Virus record (IMG/VR): IMGVR_UViG_3300014208_000023
Location: 288,001-352,000 of that record
Direction: 5' to 3' (one strand)
Source of the DNA: a virus
Lineage: Duplodnaviria > Caudoviricetes
Length of the DNA: 64,000 bases
A program made the position numbers and the translations under genes. The notes beneath the pieces are model-generated. The model made no database searches. It was not told the DNA's origin and worked only from the letters and a program-made list of their open reading frames with translations. Of the stretch, positions 28,530 through 37,918 are shown piece after piece; within the stretch, counting starts at the first letter, position 1; each line of letters starts with the position of its first letter.

Positions 28530-30832
28530 GCGTTTAATACTTTATCTTCTTCAAGATCTTCGTAAAAAATTTCTATTTCTGGATCGAAACTTTCTTCTTG
28601 TGATCTTTCTTGTAAGTTAGAAGATACCGAATCAGTTACGACGCCTGTTACTAGATCGAGAATTTCTTCTACTGCAAAATTACCGGCAGTAGTTAAGCTG
28701 CTTACTCGAAACTCCTTTGCCATGATTTGTGCCTTTTCATTATCTTTCATAGCGTATGTAAGAGCCATGCCATTAACCATGGATACGAAAGATGTTCCTA
28801 GCTCTGAATCTAGGAATTGCTGTAACATTGCAGACTTGTCTCCAGGAAGAGCGGCAGACAAAACGCCTTTGGTTACTTTATTTAGTTGAGTTGCTGCTAC
28901 GCGGACTCCGGCTTTTTTTGCTTCTCCTACTAATTTATTTTGCTTAATTTCTTCCTTTATGGGCTTCTCGTCTGTTAGATAGTCATATTTTGTTAGAGGA
29001 TTAATGTTTCTATTATACTCTTCCCAATCAAAAGCTAAATCCGGCAAGATTGGAATTGGATATACTTTAATTTCTCCTGGCTTTATGTCCTTAAAAATAC
29101 CGCGCCAGATATCCTCATCTTCTTTGGCTGCCAAGTAATTATCCTCTTCAATTATTTTATTGACATCAATTTTTTTGCCATTTATAGTTAAGTTCGGAGT
29201 ATTTATGCTCACTGACGGCCCGGCTATATTTACTCCCCCAAGGGCGTTTATATCGTAACTGGTCGCTTTAGGATCGCTAACTGCACTGGCGGCAGTTTCA
29301 ACTTGAGAAACATATTTAGATCCTGGATTTAAAACCTCAAATCCTGACATTTCTTTTACAAACCAAGAAGTATCGGGAATTGGAGGCAGCGGCGGTGGGA
29401 CGGGTATTTCTTTTTTACCTTTTGGCAGATCATTATATTGAGTAACGATAGACCTAATGTATTGCATTTGACTTTTAGTTAGCTCTTCAAATAGCAAGAC
29501 TCCTTCACTAATTGAATTAAGCTCTGCAACTAAAACATCTATATTTGCTGGATCCCAGTTCATACACTTATTATATTGTGCATCACAAGATTCTGGGTTG
29601 TTATCTATTACTCCCCATACTCGTAATTTATGAACCAAATCTTTAATTGTTTTTCTTAAAGCCGGACTCTTAAGTGAATCGCCTTCTTGTATCTCTTTAA
29701 GAATTGCCGAGTGATTGGCATATTCTTTTGATTTATTTACCTTAAGAATATGATCTCTGATAGCGTTGGCGGAAGCCAATTCTTCTGCGCTATTCTGCCG
29801 AATTATATTATTGAAGGCGTGATTTGTTATCTTTTTTTCCAGATCCTTACGCTCATTGAGATCCCAGTTAAAAAATGTAGCCTTTTCTTTTGCGGTTAGA
29901 AAAATATTGCAATTAACAAGCCTATTAATTAGTGCTTGTGAATTAAAGGCATCTCCCCAAGTAGTAATTTTTGATGCATTAATATCTCTTACTACTTCTT
30001 TAATGCCAGCAAGTAATATTTTTTTTTCATCCGGATGCTTACATTTTCTGTAAATCTTTATGAAATTACGTAGGGCATCATAATTTGAGCTTGTCCAAGT
30101 AATATACTTGGACTGCTGATCTTGTCGTTCGTAGTCATGGGAAAATACTCCCATCTCCCATAGCTCGTCATTGAACTGGCTTGGGTTAATTAAATCCCTT
30201 GGAGAAAGCATTCCTGGCCTATTAAAGCTGTTGGCTGTAATAGGCGATCCGTCCGTCATGCCAAAAGACTTGGCGGTTATTTGGTCACCGTCTTTTATAT
30301 TGAGAACATTGGCTGCAATTTTGTCGTCATAGGCATAGGTGGATGTATTTTTACTCACATCGCTACCTATATCAACACCGGCAAAAGTTGTAAATGGAAG
30401 CGTTTTTAAATCGTCAATAACCTCTTGAACCGTCATGGTTTTTGGTAAAGTTAATTTTTGATTATGATCAAAATACGAATTACCATCCAATATTGGATCT
30501 CTATTATCCAAATATTCTGCCATATCTGTTTTTAGAATTGGCAACGATCCATCCGGTAACGTATCTACTATAAGAGAGGCTCCGGCTGGAATTTTCTTTT
30601 TTGGAGATTTCTCTATTAAGGTCTTTACTTGCTTATAGAGATCGTCTAATTTTTTCTTATCATTAACTTCTCTAACAATCTCATCTACCGCTTCTTGCGA
30701 AAATTGTAAGATGCCGGCATTCATCATATCGGCAATCAATTCATTGCGAGTTATCTTTTCAAGAGGAGAAAGCGGAGCAAGCCGCTCATCCTGAGTAAGA
30801 TTTTCAAAAAGCGTTGATAATTTATATTCCAT
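28526..30832 (-). CDS. Large hypothetical protein with conserved paralogous C-terminal domain
   Basis: 768 aa; C-terminal 100 aa align ungapped with ORF 45945-47891. Confidence 0.75.
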   Translation of the reverse strand: MEYKLSTLFENLTQDERLAPLSPLEKITRNELIADMMNAGILQFSQEAVDEIVREVNDKKKLDDLYKQVKTLIEKSPKKKIPAGASLIVDTLPDGSLPILKTDMAEYLDNRDPILDGNSYFDHNQKLTLPKTMTVQEVIDDLKTLPFTTFAGVDIGSDVSKNTSTYAYDDKIAANVLNIKDGDQITAKSFGMTDGSPITANSFNRPGMLSPRDLINPSQFNDELWEMGVFSHDYERQDQQSKYITWTSSNYDALRNFIKIYRKCKHPDEKKILLAGIKEVVRDINASKITTWGDAFNSQALINRLVNCNIFLTAKEKATFFNWDLNERKDLEKKITNHAFNNIIRQNSAEELASANAIRDHILKVNKSKEYANHSAILKEIQEGDSLKSPALRKTIKDLVHKLRVWGVIDNNPESCDAQYNKCMNWDPANIDVLVAELNSISEGVLLFEELTKSQMQYIRSIVTQYNDLPKGKKEIPVPPPLPPIPDTSWFVKEMSGFEVLNPGSKYVSQVETAASAVSDPKATSYDINALGGVNIAGPSVSINTPNLTINGKKIDVNKIIEEDNYLAAKEDEDIWRGIFKDIKPGEIKVYPIPILPDLAFDWEEYNRNINPLTKYDYLTDEKPIKEEIKQNKLVGEAKKAGVRVAATQLNKVTKGVLSAALPGDKSAMLQQFLDSELGTSFVSMVNGMALTYAMKDNEKAQIMAKEFRVSSLTTAGNFAVEEILDLVTGVVTDSVSSNLQERSQEESFDPEIEIFYEDLEEDKVLNA

Positions 30833-30859
30833 ATTTCTTTCTAGAATGAATATTCTTCT

Positions 30860-31588
30860 TTAAACGTCTATTGTAAATTTGTCGTCGAAACCGTTTTCTT
30901 CAACGGTCTCGTGAAACATAGTATATCCTCTTGGGTTTGCCACTATGCGTGTGTCCTCAACTTTTGTATCCACGTGTGCGTGTGTGTGTCCGTGGATCCA
31001 TAACGATGGCTTCCTATCTTCAATCAAGGCCTCCATATTTGAAAGATAAAACACATTTGTTTTATCGCTCTTATATTTTGGATTGATGCATTTTGGAGAC
31101 GGAAGGTAGTGGCTTATGACTATATCTCCTTCTTTGAGGTTATCGTCCAAAAACTGTTTTGCTTTTTTATTTTCGTCCCAAACCCAATCCCCAAAATTAC
31201 GGATATACTTAAAGTCTGACCAGTCCCAAGTTTTTTCTGGAGAAACGAATGAATACCATAATGTACATCCTATAAATCGACGACCTTCTAATTCAAGAAT
31301 TTTATTGTCTAGAATATGAAGGTTAGAATACTTCTCTTGTATTAGATCGAAATTATGAATAACACTACCGGCATCAGATCCGTAATATTCGTGATTACCT
31401 GGAACAAAAATAACTTTAGGATATTTCGCGCAAAATAAACCAATAGCTTTTTCAAGGCATGGGCTTTCGGCAATATCTCCAGCAAGAATTAAAACATCGA
31501 TTCCGGTTGAGTCTAGATTTTTAATTATCGACTCTCCTTCGTCATCGTGATATTCTAAATGGAGATCGGACATTATAGCAAGTTTCAT
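30860..31588 (-). CDS. Calcineurin-like metallophosphoesterase
   Basis: SDLH, LAGDI, PGNHEYY, SHY, HGHTH, NPRGY. Confidence 0.92.
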   Translation of the reverse strand: MKLAIMSDLHLEYHDDEGESIIKNLDSTGIDVLILAGDIAESPCLEKAIGLFCAKYPKVIFVPGNHEYYGSDAGSVIHNFDLIQEKYSNLHILDNKILELEGRRFIGCTLWYSFVSPEKTWDWSDFKYIRNFGDWVWDENKKAKQFLDDNLKEGDIVISHYLPSPKCINPKYKSDKTNVFYLSNMEALIEDRKPSLWIHGHTHAHVDTKVEDTRIVANPRGYTMFHETVEENGFDDKFTIDV

Positions 31589-31604
31589 TTTTAATCTCTT
31601 ATCT

Positions 31605-32171
31605 TTAGCGACGCCATGGATTGTATTGATTTACAACTATACCAGGAGTGGGTAGCTGAGGGGCAGGCATTACCGGCATTTCATCGGCAACCTCTTGTGG
31701 GTCGATACCTATAGCTTGGCGTATATTTTGGCGAGCTTCCCGCATTTGATCCGCAATACCCTGTCTTGCTGCCGGAGTTACTTGAGCCACCTCTACCGGC
31801 TGATTATTTGTATATCCTCTTGGAATTCCCATTCCCGCCGCCACTTGCATATCAAAGTTCCCCCAATTTGCTCTATATGGGGTTCTGGCTGGCGCTGGGG
31901 CAGCAATCTCTTCGAACAAGTCATTCGTAGGCATCTTAAACTTTGGTGTCTTTTTAGGTTTTGGCCTAGCTTCACTTATGACCTTTATATTGCAGACGGT
32001 TCCGTTCTTTTTAAGAACAGAAATTTGACGATCCAACTGATCGATAGTTAGGCTGCTAAAGACTGGGCTTATCTCGTCTCTCTTAACTGAGAGTCCATTT
32101 ATAGTTAATAGATCCTCAATTATCTGAGCAATTACATTTTCGCCTTCGTGACTAGATATTGTTATTTCCAT
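31605..32171 (-). CDS. Hypothetical protein, Pro/Gln-rich C-terminus
   Basis: 188-aa ORF. Confidence 0.6.
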   Translation of the reverse strand: MEITISSHEGENVIAQIIEDLLTINGLSVKRDEISPVFSSLTIDQLDRQISVLKKNGTVCNIKVISEARPKPKKTPKFKMPTNDLFEEIAAPAPARTPYRANWGNFDMQVAAGMGIPRGYTNNQPVEVAQVTPAARQGIADQMREARQNIRQAIGIDPQEVADEMPVMPAPQLPTPGIVVNQYNPWRR

Positions 32172-32173
32172 TT

Positions 32174-32509
32174 TTATATCGCTCTTCTAATGTTATTATC
32201 GCCAAATATAAGTGGCTGATACTCAATAGGCCTAATTCCAACTTCTACATCCTGTAGCTCAACAGCTTGATTGGCCTCAGCCATTTGAGCAACCCGTAAT
32301 TCTGATCTAATTTCTTTTATAGTTTTAACTAAAGCTTTTGGGCCAATTTCTGCGCTTATCTTTACTCTTTGAAAAAGAAATAAGTATTCAAAAGAAGAAT
32401 CTTTTGCCTTAAAGTAATCACAAATTTCAATATATGCCGCAGGGTTCGATAACAATGTATCGCAGAATTCGTGAAAATTCTTTCTCTCTTCTAAAGTTAG
32501 CTCACTCAT
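32174..32509 (-). CDS. Hypothetical protein
   Basis: 111-aa ORF. Confidence 0.6.
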   Translation of the reverse strand: MSELTLEERKNFHEFCDTLLSNPAAYIEICDYFKAKDSSFEYLFLFQRVKISAEIGPKALVKTIKEIRSELRVAQMAEANQAVELQDVEVGIRPIEYQPLIFGDNNIRRAI

Positions 32510-32981
32510 TGTAATTGACCTTAAGTTTTCTTAATTTTTTAGAGGCCTGTTCAAAATCTTCTTTTGCTTTGGCAATTTTTCTGCGACGATCTTCAACCTT
32601 AAACCAAGCACTAAATGCCTTTTTCTCTTTAAGGTAAATAGCCATTTCTGTTTGATATTTAATCATTTTTTTATCGTAAAGCTTTTGCTTACGAGCATAA
32701 CTTTTCATTTCAAGATCAAAGCTATCATTCGATATAGATTCAAAATATTCAAGAGACGAGCCGCCATCATCACACTCATCTTCATAAGAATTAATTATAT
32801 TTGCTTTTTCTAGCGGATAATTATTTGGCAACATTTTAATTATGTTGGAAATACTTATTGTTTGATCGTCTAAAGACCTATAACGAGGAAACTCTATGGT
32901 TTTAGATGGTGCAGTTAATTTGTATGGATGAGTTGGATGAATTGGTTTCTTAGGTTTTTTCATAGAAATTTCTTGGATCAA
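32502..32981 (-). CDS. Hypothetical protein with coiled-coil C-terminus
   Basis: 159-aa ORF. Confidence 0.55.
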   Translation of the reverse strand: MIQEISMKKPKKPIHPTHPYKLTAPSKTIEFPRYRSLDDQTISISNIIKMLPNNYPLEKANIINSYEDECDDGGSSLEYFESISNDSFDLEMKSYARKQKLYDKKMIKYQTEMAIYLKEKKAFSAWFKVEDRRRKIAKAKEDFEQASKKLRKLKVNYNE

Positions 32982-33429
32982 TAATTTTTATCTCTTTATT
33001 TTTGCTTTGGGCATATCGAACACAATTGCCTGTTCCGCCCTTTTGTGAATCATCGTAGCAAGCCAAAACCATATCGCAATTATCAACCAGATAACGGTTT
33101 CTAATTTCCATCTTCCAGGCTTCGTATTTGCCTTCTGATATAATAATCACCTCCTGGGCTTTTGTCAAGTATCCATCATATCGCTTTTGGCTTCTCAAGG
33201 GCCACATACTCTCTTGGCCTTTAAAAGGAACGGCAATCTGATATGGGATATGTAGAGCAATTGCGGCATCTATAATTAAAGAATCGAATCCTAATGCTCC
33301 ACCAGAAATAATTTTCTCTGGATTTACCTCTTCCAAAATTCGGACAACTTCAGCACATATAGGATTCCATATTTTATGAGGATAATACTTATTGAATATT
33401 TTTCTATGTCCAGTCCCGGAAATAATCAT
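32950..33429 (-). CDS. SLOG-family protein (YspA/DUF1273-like)
   Basis: SGTGHR, ISGGALGFD, RNRYLVD, GGTGNCVRYA. Confidence 0.85.
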   Translation of the reverse strand: MIISGTGHRKIFNKYYPHKIWNPICAEVVRILEEVNPEKIISGGALGFDSLIIDAAIALHIPYQIAVPFKGQESMWPLRSQKRYDGYLTKAQEVIIISEGKYEAWKMEIRNRYLVDNCDMVLACYDDSQKGGTGNCVRYAQSKNKEIKIIDPRNFYEKT

Positions 33430-33460
33430 TTAAAACTCCATAATTCGAGATATATCACAG

Positions 33461-34384
33461 GTGGAGGAACTGATGGATTTAATTAACGAGGAAATATATG
33501 CGTATCTGGCTGGGTTTTTAGATGCTGACGGAAGCATCACAATTGTAAATAGAAACATTAAAGGAAAACCTACTCGTTATAGAGTGCAAATATGTGTATA
33601 TAACTGCAATATACTTATCATTAATAAATTAAAACATTTATTTGGAGGCAAAATACGGTCAAATAATGTTAATAGCTCTTATTCTAAATGGCGAAATTGT
33701 TTCGTATATAGTTTATCAGATAGCCAGGCAATTAATGTAATTAAGAATATTTATCCATATCTTATAATTAAGAAACGGCAAGCAGATATAGCGCTACAAA
33801 TAGCGGAAGTAAGATCAGAGGCAAATCCAGCAGAAAGACGATGGAACAAAGAAATTGCCAATAAAATTAATGATTCTATGCTTAGACTTAAAGCAGAAAT
33901 TAATAAATTAAATATTCGTGGAACAGAAAAAATATTCTCAAAAATAGATGTAAGCTCTATACCTTACAATAAGCATTATTTAGCAGGATTTTGTGATGCT
34001 GACGGATCAATTATGATTACCAAAATGGGAAAAGGCGTAGCGGCAAGAATTACATTTACTAATACTGACAAAAATATACTTGAATGGATTCGTTTTCACA
34101 AAGGCGGAGCAAACATTGAAACAAGAAACCATGGTAATGATAAATGGAATTTAGGATATTCTTTAAGATTTTACCCCAAAACAACATATCTTTTGGCTCA
34201 AGAATTATATCCGCATTTAATTTTAAAAAAAAGACAAGCCAAATTAGTATTAACTCTTGGAAAAATTAGAAAACTTTATTCTTCTGTTGAACTTCAAAAT
34301 AATATAAAACTTAATGAACGATGCCACTCATTAAATGAGAAATTAAAAACTATTTGTTCTAAATTAAATAAACGATCATTTTAA
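33461..34384 (+). CDS. Double-motif LAGLIDADG homing endonuclease, free-standing and antisense to neighbours
   Basis: YLAGFLDADGS and YLAGFCDADGS; repeated YPxLIxKKRQA. Confidence 0.9.
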   Translation: MEELMDLINEEIYAYLAGFLDADGSITIVNRNIKGKPTRYRVQICVYNCNILIINKLKHLFGGKIRSNNVNSSYSKWRNCFVYSLSDSQAINVIKNIYPYLIIKKRQADIALQIAEVRSEANPAERRWNKEIANKINDSMLRLKAEINKLNIRGTEKIFSKIDVSSIPYNKHYLAGFCDADGSIMITKMGKGVAARITFTNTDKNILEWIRFHKGGANIETRNHGNDKWNLGYSLRFYPKTTYLLAQELYPHLILKKRQAKLVLTLGKIRKLYSSVELQNNIKLNERCHSLNEKLKTICSKLNKRSF

Positions 34385-34704
34385 TAACCAACACTCTTTT
34401 TACACCCACAAGAAGAAGTTTGATTGGGATCGGTAAAAATAAATCCAGTCTCCATTAAGCTATTTTTATAATCCATAACGGCTTCCGACATATACTGGCT
34501 TGAAATTTCATCAATAAAAACTTTTATTTCATTAAATTCAATAATAGTATCATTTTCTCTAGGATTTTTTTCAAATTCTATAGATCTTATTAGGCCGACA
34601 CAACCACCTCCGGCTAGCTTTATTCTTACCGAATAATAGCCAATACCTTCTTCATCAGAGATTTTTTTTATCTGTTTCGCGGCTTTTTCAGTTATTGAAA
34701 ACAT
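34381..34704 (-). CDS. iscA: HesB/IscA-type Fe-S carrier protein
   Basis: ITEKA, GGGC, GF.F..PN, SCGCKKS. Confidence 0.85.
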   Translation of the reverse strand: MFSITEKAAKQIKKISDEEGIGYYSVRIKLAGGGCVGLIRSIEFEKNPRENDTIIEFNEIKVFIDEISSQYMSEAVMDYKNSLMETGFIFTDPNQTSSCGCKKSVGY

Positions 34705-35144
34705 TTTATATCTCCAACAGACATATTTAATGCGTACGCAATATCTTTTATTACGTCCTTAATGTTAAGGATGCATTCATCATTCATTTGCTGATCAAAT
34801 TCAGTTCCCTGACCACCATTTTGTTCTAGCCCACTTAATTCATAACATGCGAACTCAAGTCTTTGATGAAGACCATTTTTTTGAACTATTGAATGATGGC
34901 CGGCTCCCATAAATAACTTTTTTCTTATTGGATCTTTACGAGAAAAACGATTATCTTTAGTGTCTCTGTAAAAATCATAGTTGCTTGACTTACTTATTAA
35001 TTCGCCAAGAAGATTTTCTTTTATTTGATTACACTCGCCAATATCTGTGGGAGAAAAATCATCATGCGTGTCGGCATAGTTTAAAACTAAAGCCTTAATT
35101 AGGCATTTCGCCTCATTATCAGTCAGATCTAAAACTATTGACAT
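34692..35144 (-). CDS. Hypothetical protein
   Basis: 150-aa ORF. Confidence 0.55.
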   Translation of the reverse strand: MSIVLDLTDNEAKCLIKALVLNYADTHDDFSPTDIGECNQIKENLLGELISKSSNYDFYRDTKDNRFSRKDPIRKKLFMGAGHHSIVQKNGLHQRLEFACYELSGLEQNGGQGTEFDQQMNDECILNIKDVIKDIAYALNMSVGDIKCFQ

Positions 35145-35278
35145 GCTTCCATTTCCTCAGCTTCTTGAGCCAACAGGGATTCTAATATCCAATAAAAAAG
35201 GTCTGGCTCCATAGAATTAATATCATCTATGGTAATGTGCAGCCTATTCTGGACATAATATACTTCATCGCTTCCCAT
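35135..35278 (-). CDS. Small acidic hypothetical protein (47 aa, not in ORF track)
   Basis: Manual translation MGSDEVYYVQ...EEMEACQ fills the gap. Confidence 0.4.
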   Translation of the reverse strand: MGSDEVYYVQNRLHITIDDINSMEPDLFYWILESLLAQEAEEMEACQ

Positions 35279-35287
35279 AATAAATCT

Positions 35288-35578
35288 TTAGCTTTCTTTA
35301 TCTTCTGGAGACACTCTTGTTTGAGAAAACAAATCTCCTGGCGGCCTACAAATCATTGGAATGTCCAAATCCTCAACTCCCAATTCATGCACCAGTCTAA
35401 TCACTCGTTCGCCCCTAGTTTCTTGTGGGGCCGGAACAAGTTTGCCATCAATTTCTAAAAATGGCTCGAAAGAATGAGAGCATCCGTAACACCCAGCGTC
35501 ACAATGGCGCTTGGCATCATCATCGGATTTTAAGCAATAACATCCGACACACATCATGATTTCATCAGATCGAGCCAT
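35288..35578 (-). CDS. Cys-rich hypothetical protein
   Basis: CxxC pairs. Confidence 0.5.
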   Translation of the reverse strand: MARSDEIMMCVGCYCLKSDDDAKRHCDAGCYGCSHSFEPFLEIDGKLVPAPQETRGERVIRLVHELGVEDLDIPMICRPPGDLFSQTRVSPEDKES

Positions 35579-35587
35579 TTTACACCA

Positions 35588-35878
35588 TTATTCCGTAATA
35601 ACTGCTAGGATGTTATATTCTTGAATCATCAAGAAATCCTGACCCTCAAACTTCAGCTTGATGCCGCTCTGTGGTGGGACGAGCACGACATTGCCTGGCT
35701 TTACCGACATCGGAACAAGCTGGCCGCTCTCAAGCGTTCGTCCGGGCCCTACGGCTAAAACCTCGGCTTCCTGCGACTCGCTCTGACCGGTGCCAGGAAT
35801 ATGTAGTCCTCCTGGGGTCATCTTGTTTTCTTCTCTGCGTTTGATTAGAACATTGTCATTCATTGGTGATAGTTTCAT
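35588..35878 (-). CDS. groES: Co-chaperonin GroES
   Basis: LSPMNDNVLIK, TPGGLHIP, VLAVGPG, VKPG, ILAVI; start at MKLSP. Confidence 0.95.
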   Translation of the reverse strand: MKLSPMNDNVLIKRREENKMTPGGLHIPGTGQSESQEAEVLAVGPGRTLESGQLVPMSVKPGNVVLVPPQSGIKLKFEGQDFLMIQEYNILAVITE

Positions 35879-36077
35879 TTGTTTCTTCCTCTTCTTTATA
35901 ATTAAGTAACTCAAACCACGTATCAGTTGGCATCACCGCATAGATGCTGCCGTCCGCATTATAAATATATACCGTACCGATCTCATCCTCTTCAGCCCAG
36001 CCCCCTGTTTCAGTGTCTAAAAAATATTCGTTTAGAACTGAATCAATTATTTCCAAATCAGGAGCTTTATTTTTCAT
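35856..36077 (-). CDS. Hypothetical acidic protein
   Basis: 73-aa ORF. Confidence 0.5.
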   Translation of the reverse strand: MKNKAPDLEIIDSVLNEYFLDTETGGWAEEDEIGTVYIYNADGSIYAVMPTDTWFELLNYKEEEETNETITNE

Positions 36078-36564
36078 AAATACCTAAAACCTCTTTTTCT
36101 TTTGAAGTTAGATTTAGATTCTTGATCTTGCGAAGAGCTGCTTTGCGAATGCTTTGCCGCTCTCGCTCTATCTCTTCATCTTTGATGCGCATCTTTTCAC
36201 AATATGCATCGTCTATAGCCTGATCTTTACAGTCAGCTATTTGCTCATAAATTGGACTAGCCAAACCAGCAATTAGGGCTTTTTTATATTTTTCTAGCAC
36301 ATAGTTTATTGATGCACTAGAAGCTACTGCCTTTTTAACTTCTGAAATGTTCAGCTTCATTGCTGCTAAATCTTGGTCTGAAATTTTCAACCTAATACAA
36401 TCGCCCTCAATATCTGAATCGTTACAATCATACCACTGATCAATAACATATTCTTTATCTGGTTGAAATGATTTAACCTGCGCATCAACTAATTTTTGTA
36501 GAATATTTTCTTGTATCATTTTTTGTCTCTCCAATATATCCATATTGAACATAGTCTTCCGCAA
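36067..36564 (-). CDS. Hypothetical protein with C-terminal LNLTSKEKEVL motif
   Basis: Member of the C-terminal motif family. Confidence 0.6.
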   Translation of the reverse strand: MRKTMFNMDILERQKMIQENILQKLVDAQVKSFQPDKEYVIDQWYDCNDSDIEGDCIRLKISDQDLAAMKLNISEVKKAVASSASINYVLEKYKKALIAGLASPIYEQIADCKDQAIDDAYCEKMRIKDEEIERERQSIRKAALRKIKNLNLTSKEKEVLGIYEK

Positions 36565-36788
36565 AACTTATCTTCAATAACCTCAAACCCACAATCTCTT
36601 AGGTTTGAGATGATAAATTCTGAACTGCCGTCCAAATCATAAACATGGTCTGCAGTCAAAATACACAAATCTTTTCCTTTATCAGCAGACTTCTCTATTA
36701 AGAATTCTGCCTTTTTAAGGTCATTGAATTTTGAGTTCAATTTCGCAGTCGAGGCCTTCGCTTTAATTGATTCTATTGAAAATTCCAT
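36516..36788 (-). CDS. Small hypothetical protein (tandem paralogue 1)
   Basis: SADKG...LRDCGF...IYW pattern shared with next two ORFs. Confidence 0.6.
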   Translation of the reverse strand: MEFSIESIKAKASTAKLNSKFNDLKKAEFLIEKSADKGKDLCILTADHVYDLDGSSEFIISNLRDCGFEVIEDKFCGRLCSIWIYWRDKK

Positions 36789-37043
36789 TTACCACCTAAT
36801 ATTATAATGGCACAATAAACTATCATTGTTGCCGACAATTTGTGAAGCCTCAAAACCTTCTTCTTTGAGCTTTTCAATTACATATGTGCCATAACCATTT
36901 AGATTAAGGCCAAGAGTAGAAGTAGAGTTTTTTCCTAAACGGGCAGCGTCTAAAATAATATTCTTAATATCTAACATTGCCTTATTTCTAATTCGTAATT
37001 TTCCTATTTCAGATTGTCTCTTTACTTTTTGTAAGAATTCCAT
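36789..37043 (-). CDS. Small hypothetical protein (tandem paralogue 2)
   Basis: AARLG...LKEEGF...IRW. Confidence 0.6.
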   Translation of the reverse strand: MEFLQKVKRQSEIGKLRIRNKAMLDIKNIILDAARLGKNSTSTLGLNLNGYGTYVIEKLKEEGFEASQIVGNNDSLLCHYNIRW

Positions 37044-37046
37044 TTT

Positions 37047-37280
37047 TCACCAACTAATTTTAGAGCCAACAATTTTAAATCCCTGCTCAATTAAATATTC
37101 TTTAATGTATTTAATATGCTCTTTTGAGTAGGACGTTTGCAAATAGGCATGACTCATTCCGGCATTTGCGCAATCTTCTATAATTTTAATTACGTTTCTT
37201 AAGCACGCATCTCTTTTGGAGATTAGGGCTACTTGCGTTTTTTTTCTAATGCTGGCAATATAATTCTGTTCCATGATCAT
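37047..37280 (-). CDS. Small hypothetical protein (tandem paralogue 3)
   Basis: CANAG...LIEQGF...ISW; start from ATGA overlap at 37280. Confidence 0.6.
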   Translation of the reverse strand: MIMEQNYIASIRKKTQVALISKRDACLRNVIKIIEDCANAGMSHAYLQTSYSKEHIKYIKEYLIEQGFKIVGSKISW

Positions 37281-37918
37281 ACCGCCAATTTCTTTAGAAT
37301 TGCTTTTTGCGAAGCAGTTAAGCAAAGAGAATCTAAAAGCTCTTTGTTTTTATTGGCAATTTTTTGCTCACGCAAGGCCTTTCGTAAAGCTTTTTGCTTA
37401 TTCTTTTCTTTAATCTCATCAAGCTTGGCTTTTCTGATGGCAGCTTCTTCCGCTCTCTTTTTTCTAGCGGCAGCCTGATTCTTTTCGGTTTTAATTTTGG
37501 CTAATCTTTTCTTTTCAGCCTTAGCGTGCTCGGCTGCGGCCTTCTTCTCTCTATCTTCAATTAGTTGATTTGAGACCTTAAGAAATTCATTTACAAAATT
37601 AAGCTGCATTGTGGTTAGAAGCTTTTTGACTGCCGGAATTTTTCCGGCCTCTTCCAGAGAGGCCTCTGTTACCTTATCCAACCCTCTTGGATTTAGGTAA
37701 TGAACAACATTTCGTATCTGATGCTCTTCAACAGGGATATTTTTATAACGACTATAGCCATAGCCATAATAACTATATCTTCTAGAAGAAGACCATCTCT
37801 TGTACTTTATTGATGGCGCAACCCATTCTGCTGGAACTTTGGAAGTTACTGCATTAAAAGACTCTTCAATTAGCTTATTAGTATCTGCTTTGACTGGAAT
37901 TATTGTTTCTGTAATCAT
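37277..37918 (-). CDS. Hypothetical protein, charged helix plus LCLTASQKAILKK tail
   Basis: Member of the C-terminal motif family. Confidence 0.65.
   Translation of the reverse strand: MITETIIPVKADTNKLIEESFNAVTSKVPAEWVAPSIKYKRWSSSRRYSYYGYGYSRYKNIPVEEHQIRNVVHYLNPRGLDKVTEASLEEAGKIPAVKKLLTTMQLNFVNEFLKVSNQLIEDREKKAAAEHAKAEKKRLAKIKTEKNQAAARKKRAEEAAIRKAKLDEIKEKNKQKALRKALREQKIANKNKELLDSLCLTASQKAILKKLAV

Noticed and set aside
33461-34384. Group I intron or intein hosting the LAGLIDADG ORF
   Set aside because: The ORF is antisense to its neighbours, both neighbours look complete, and there is no room for an intron core or intein ends.
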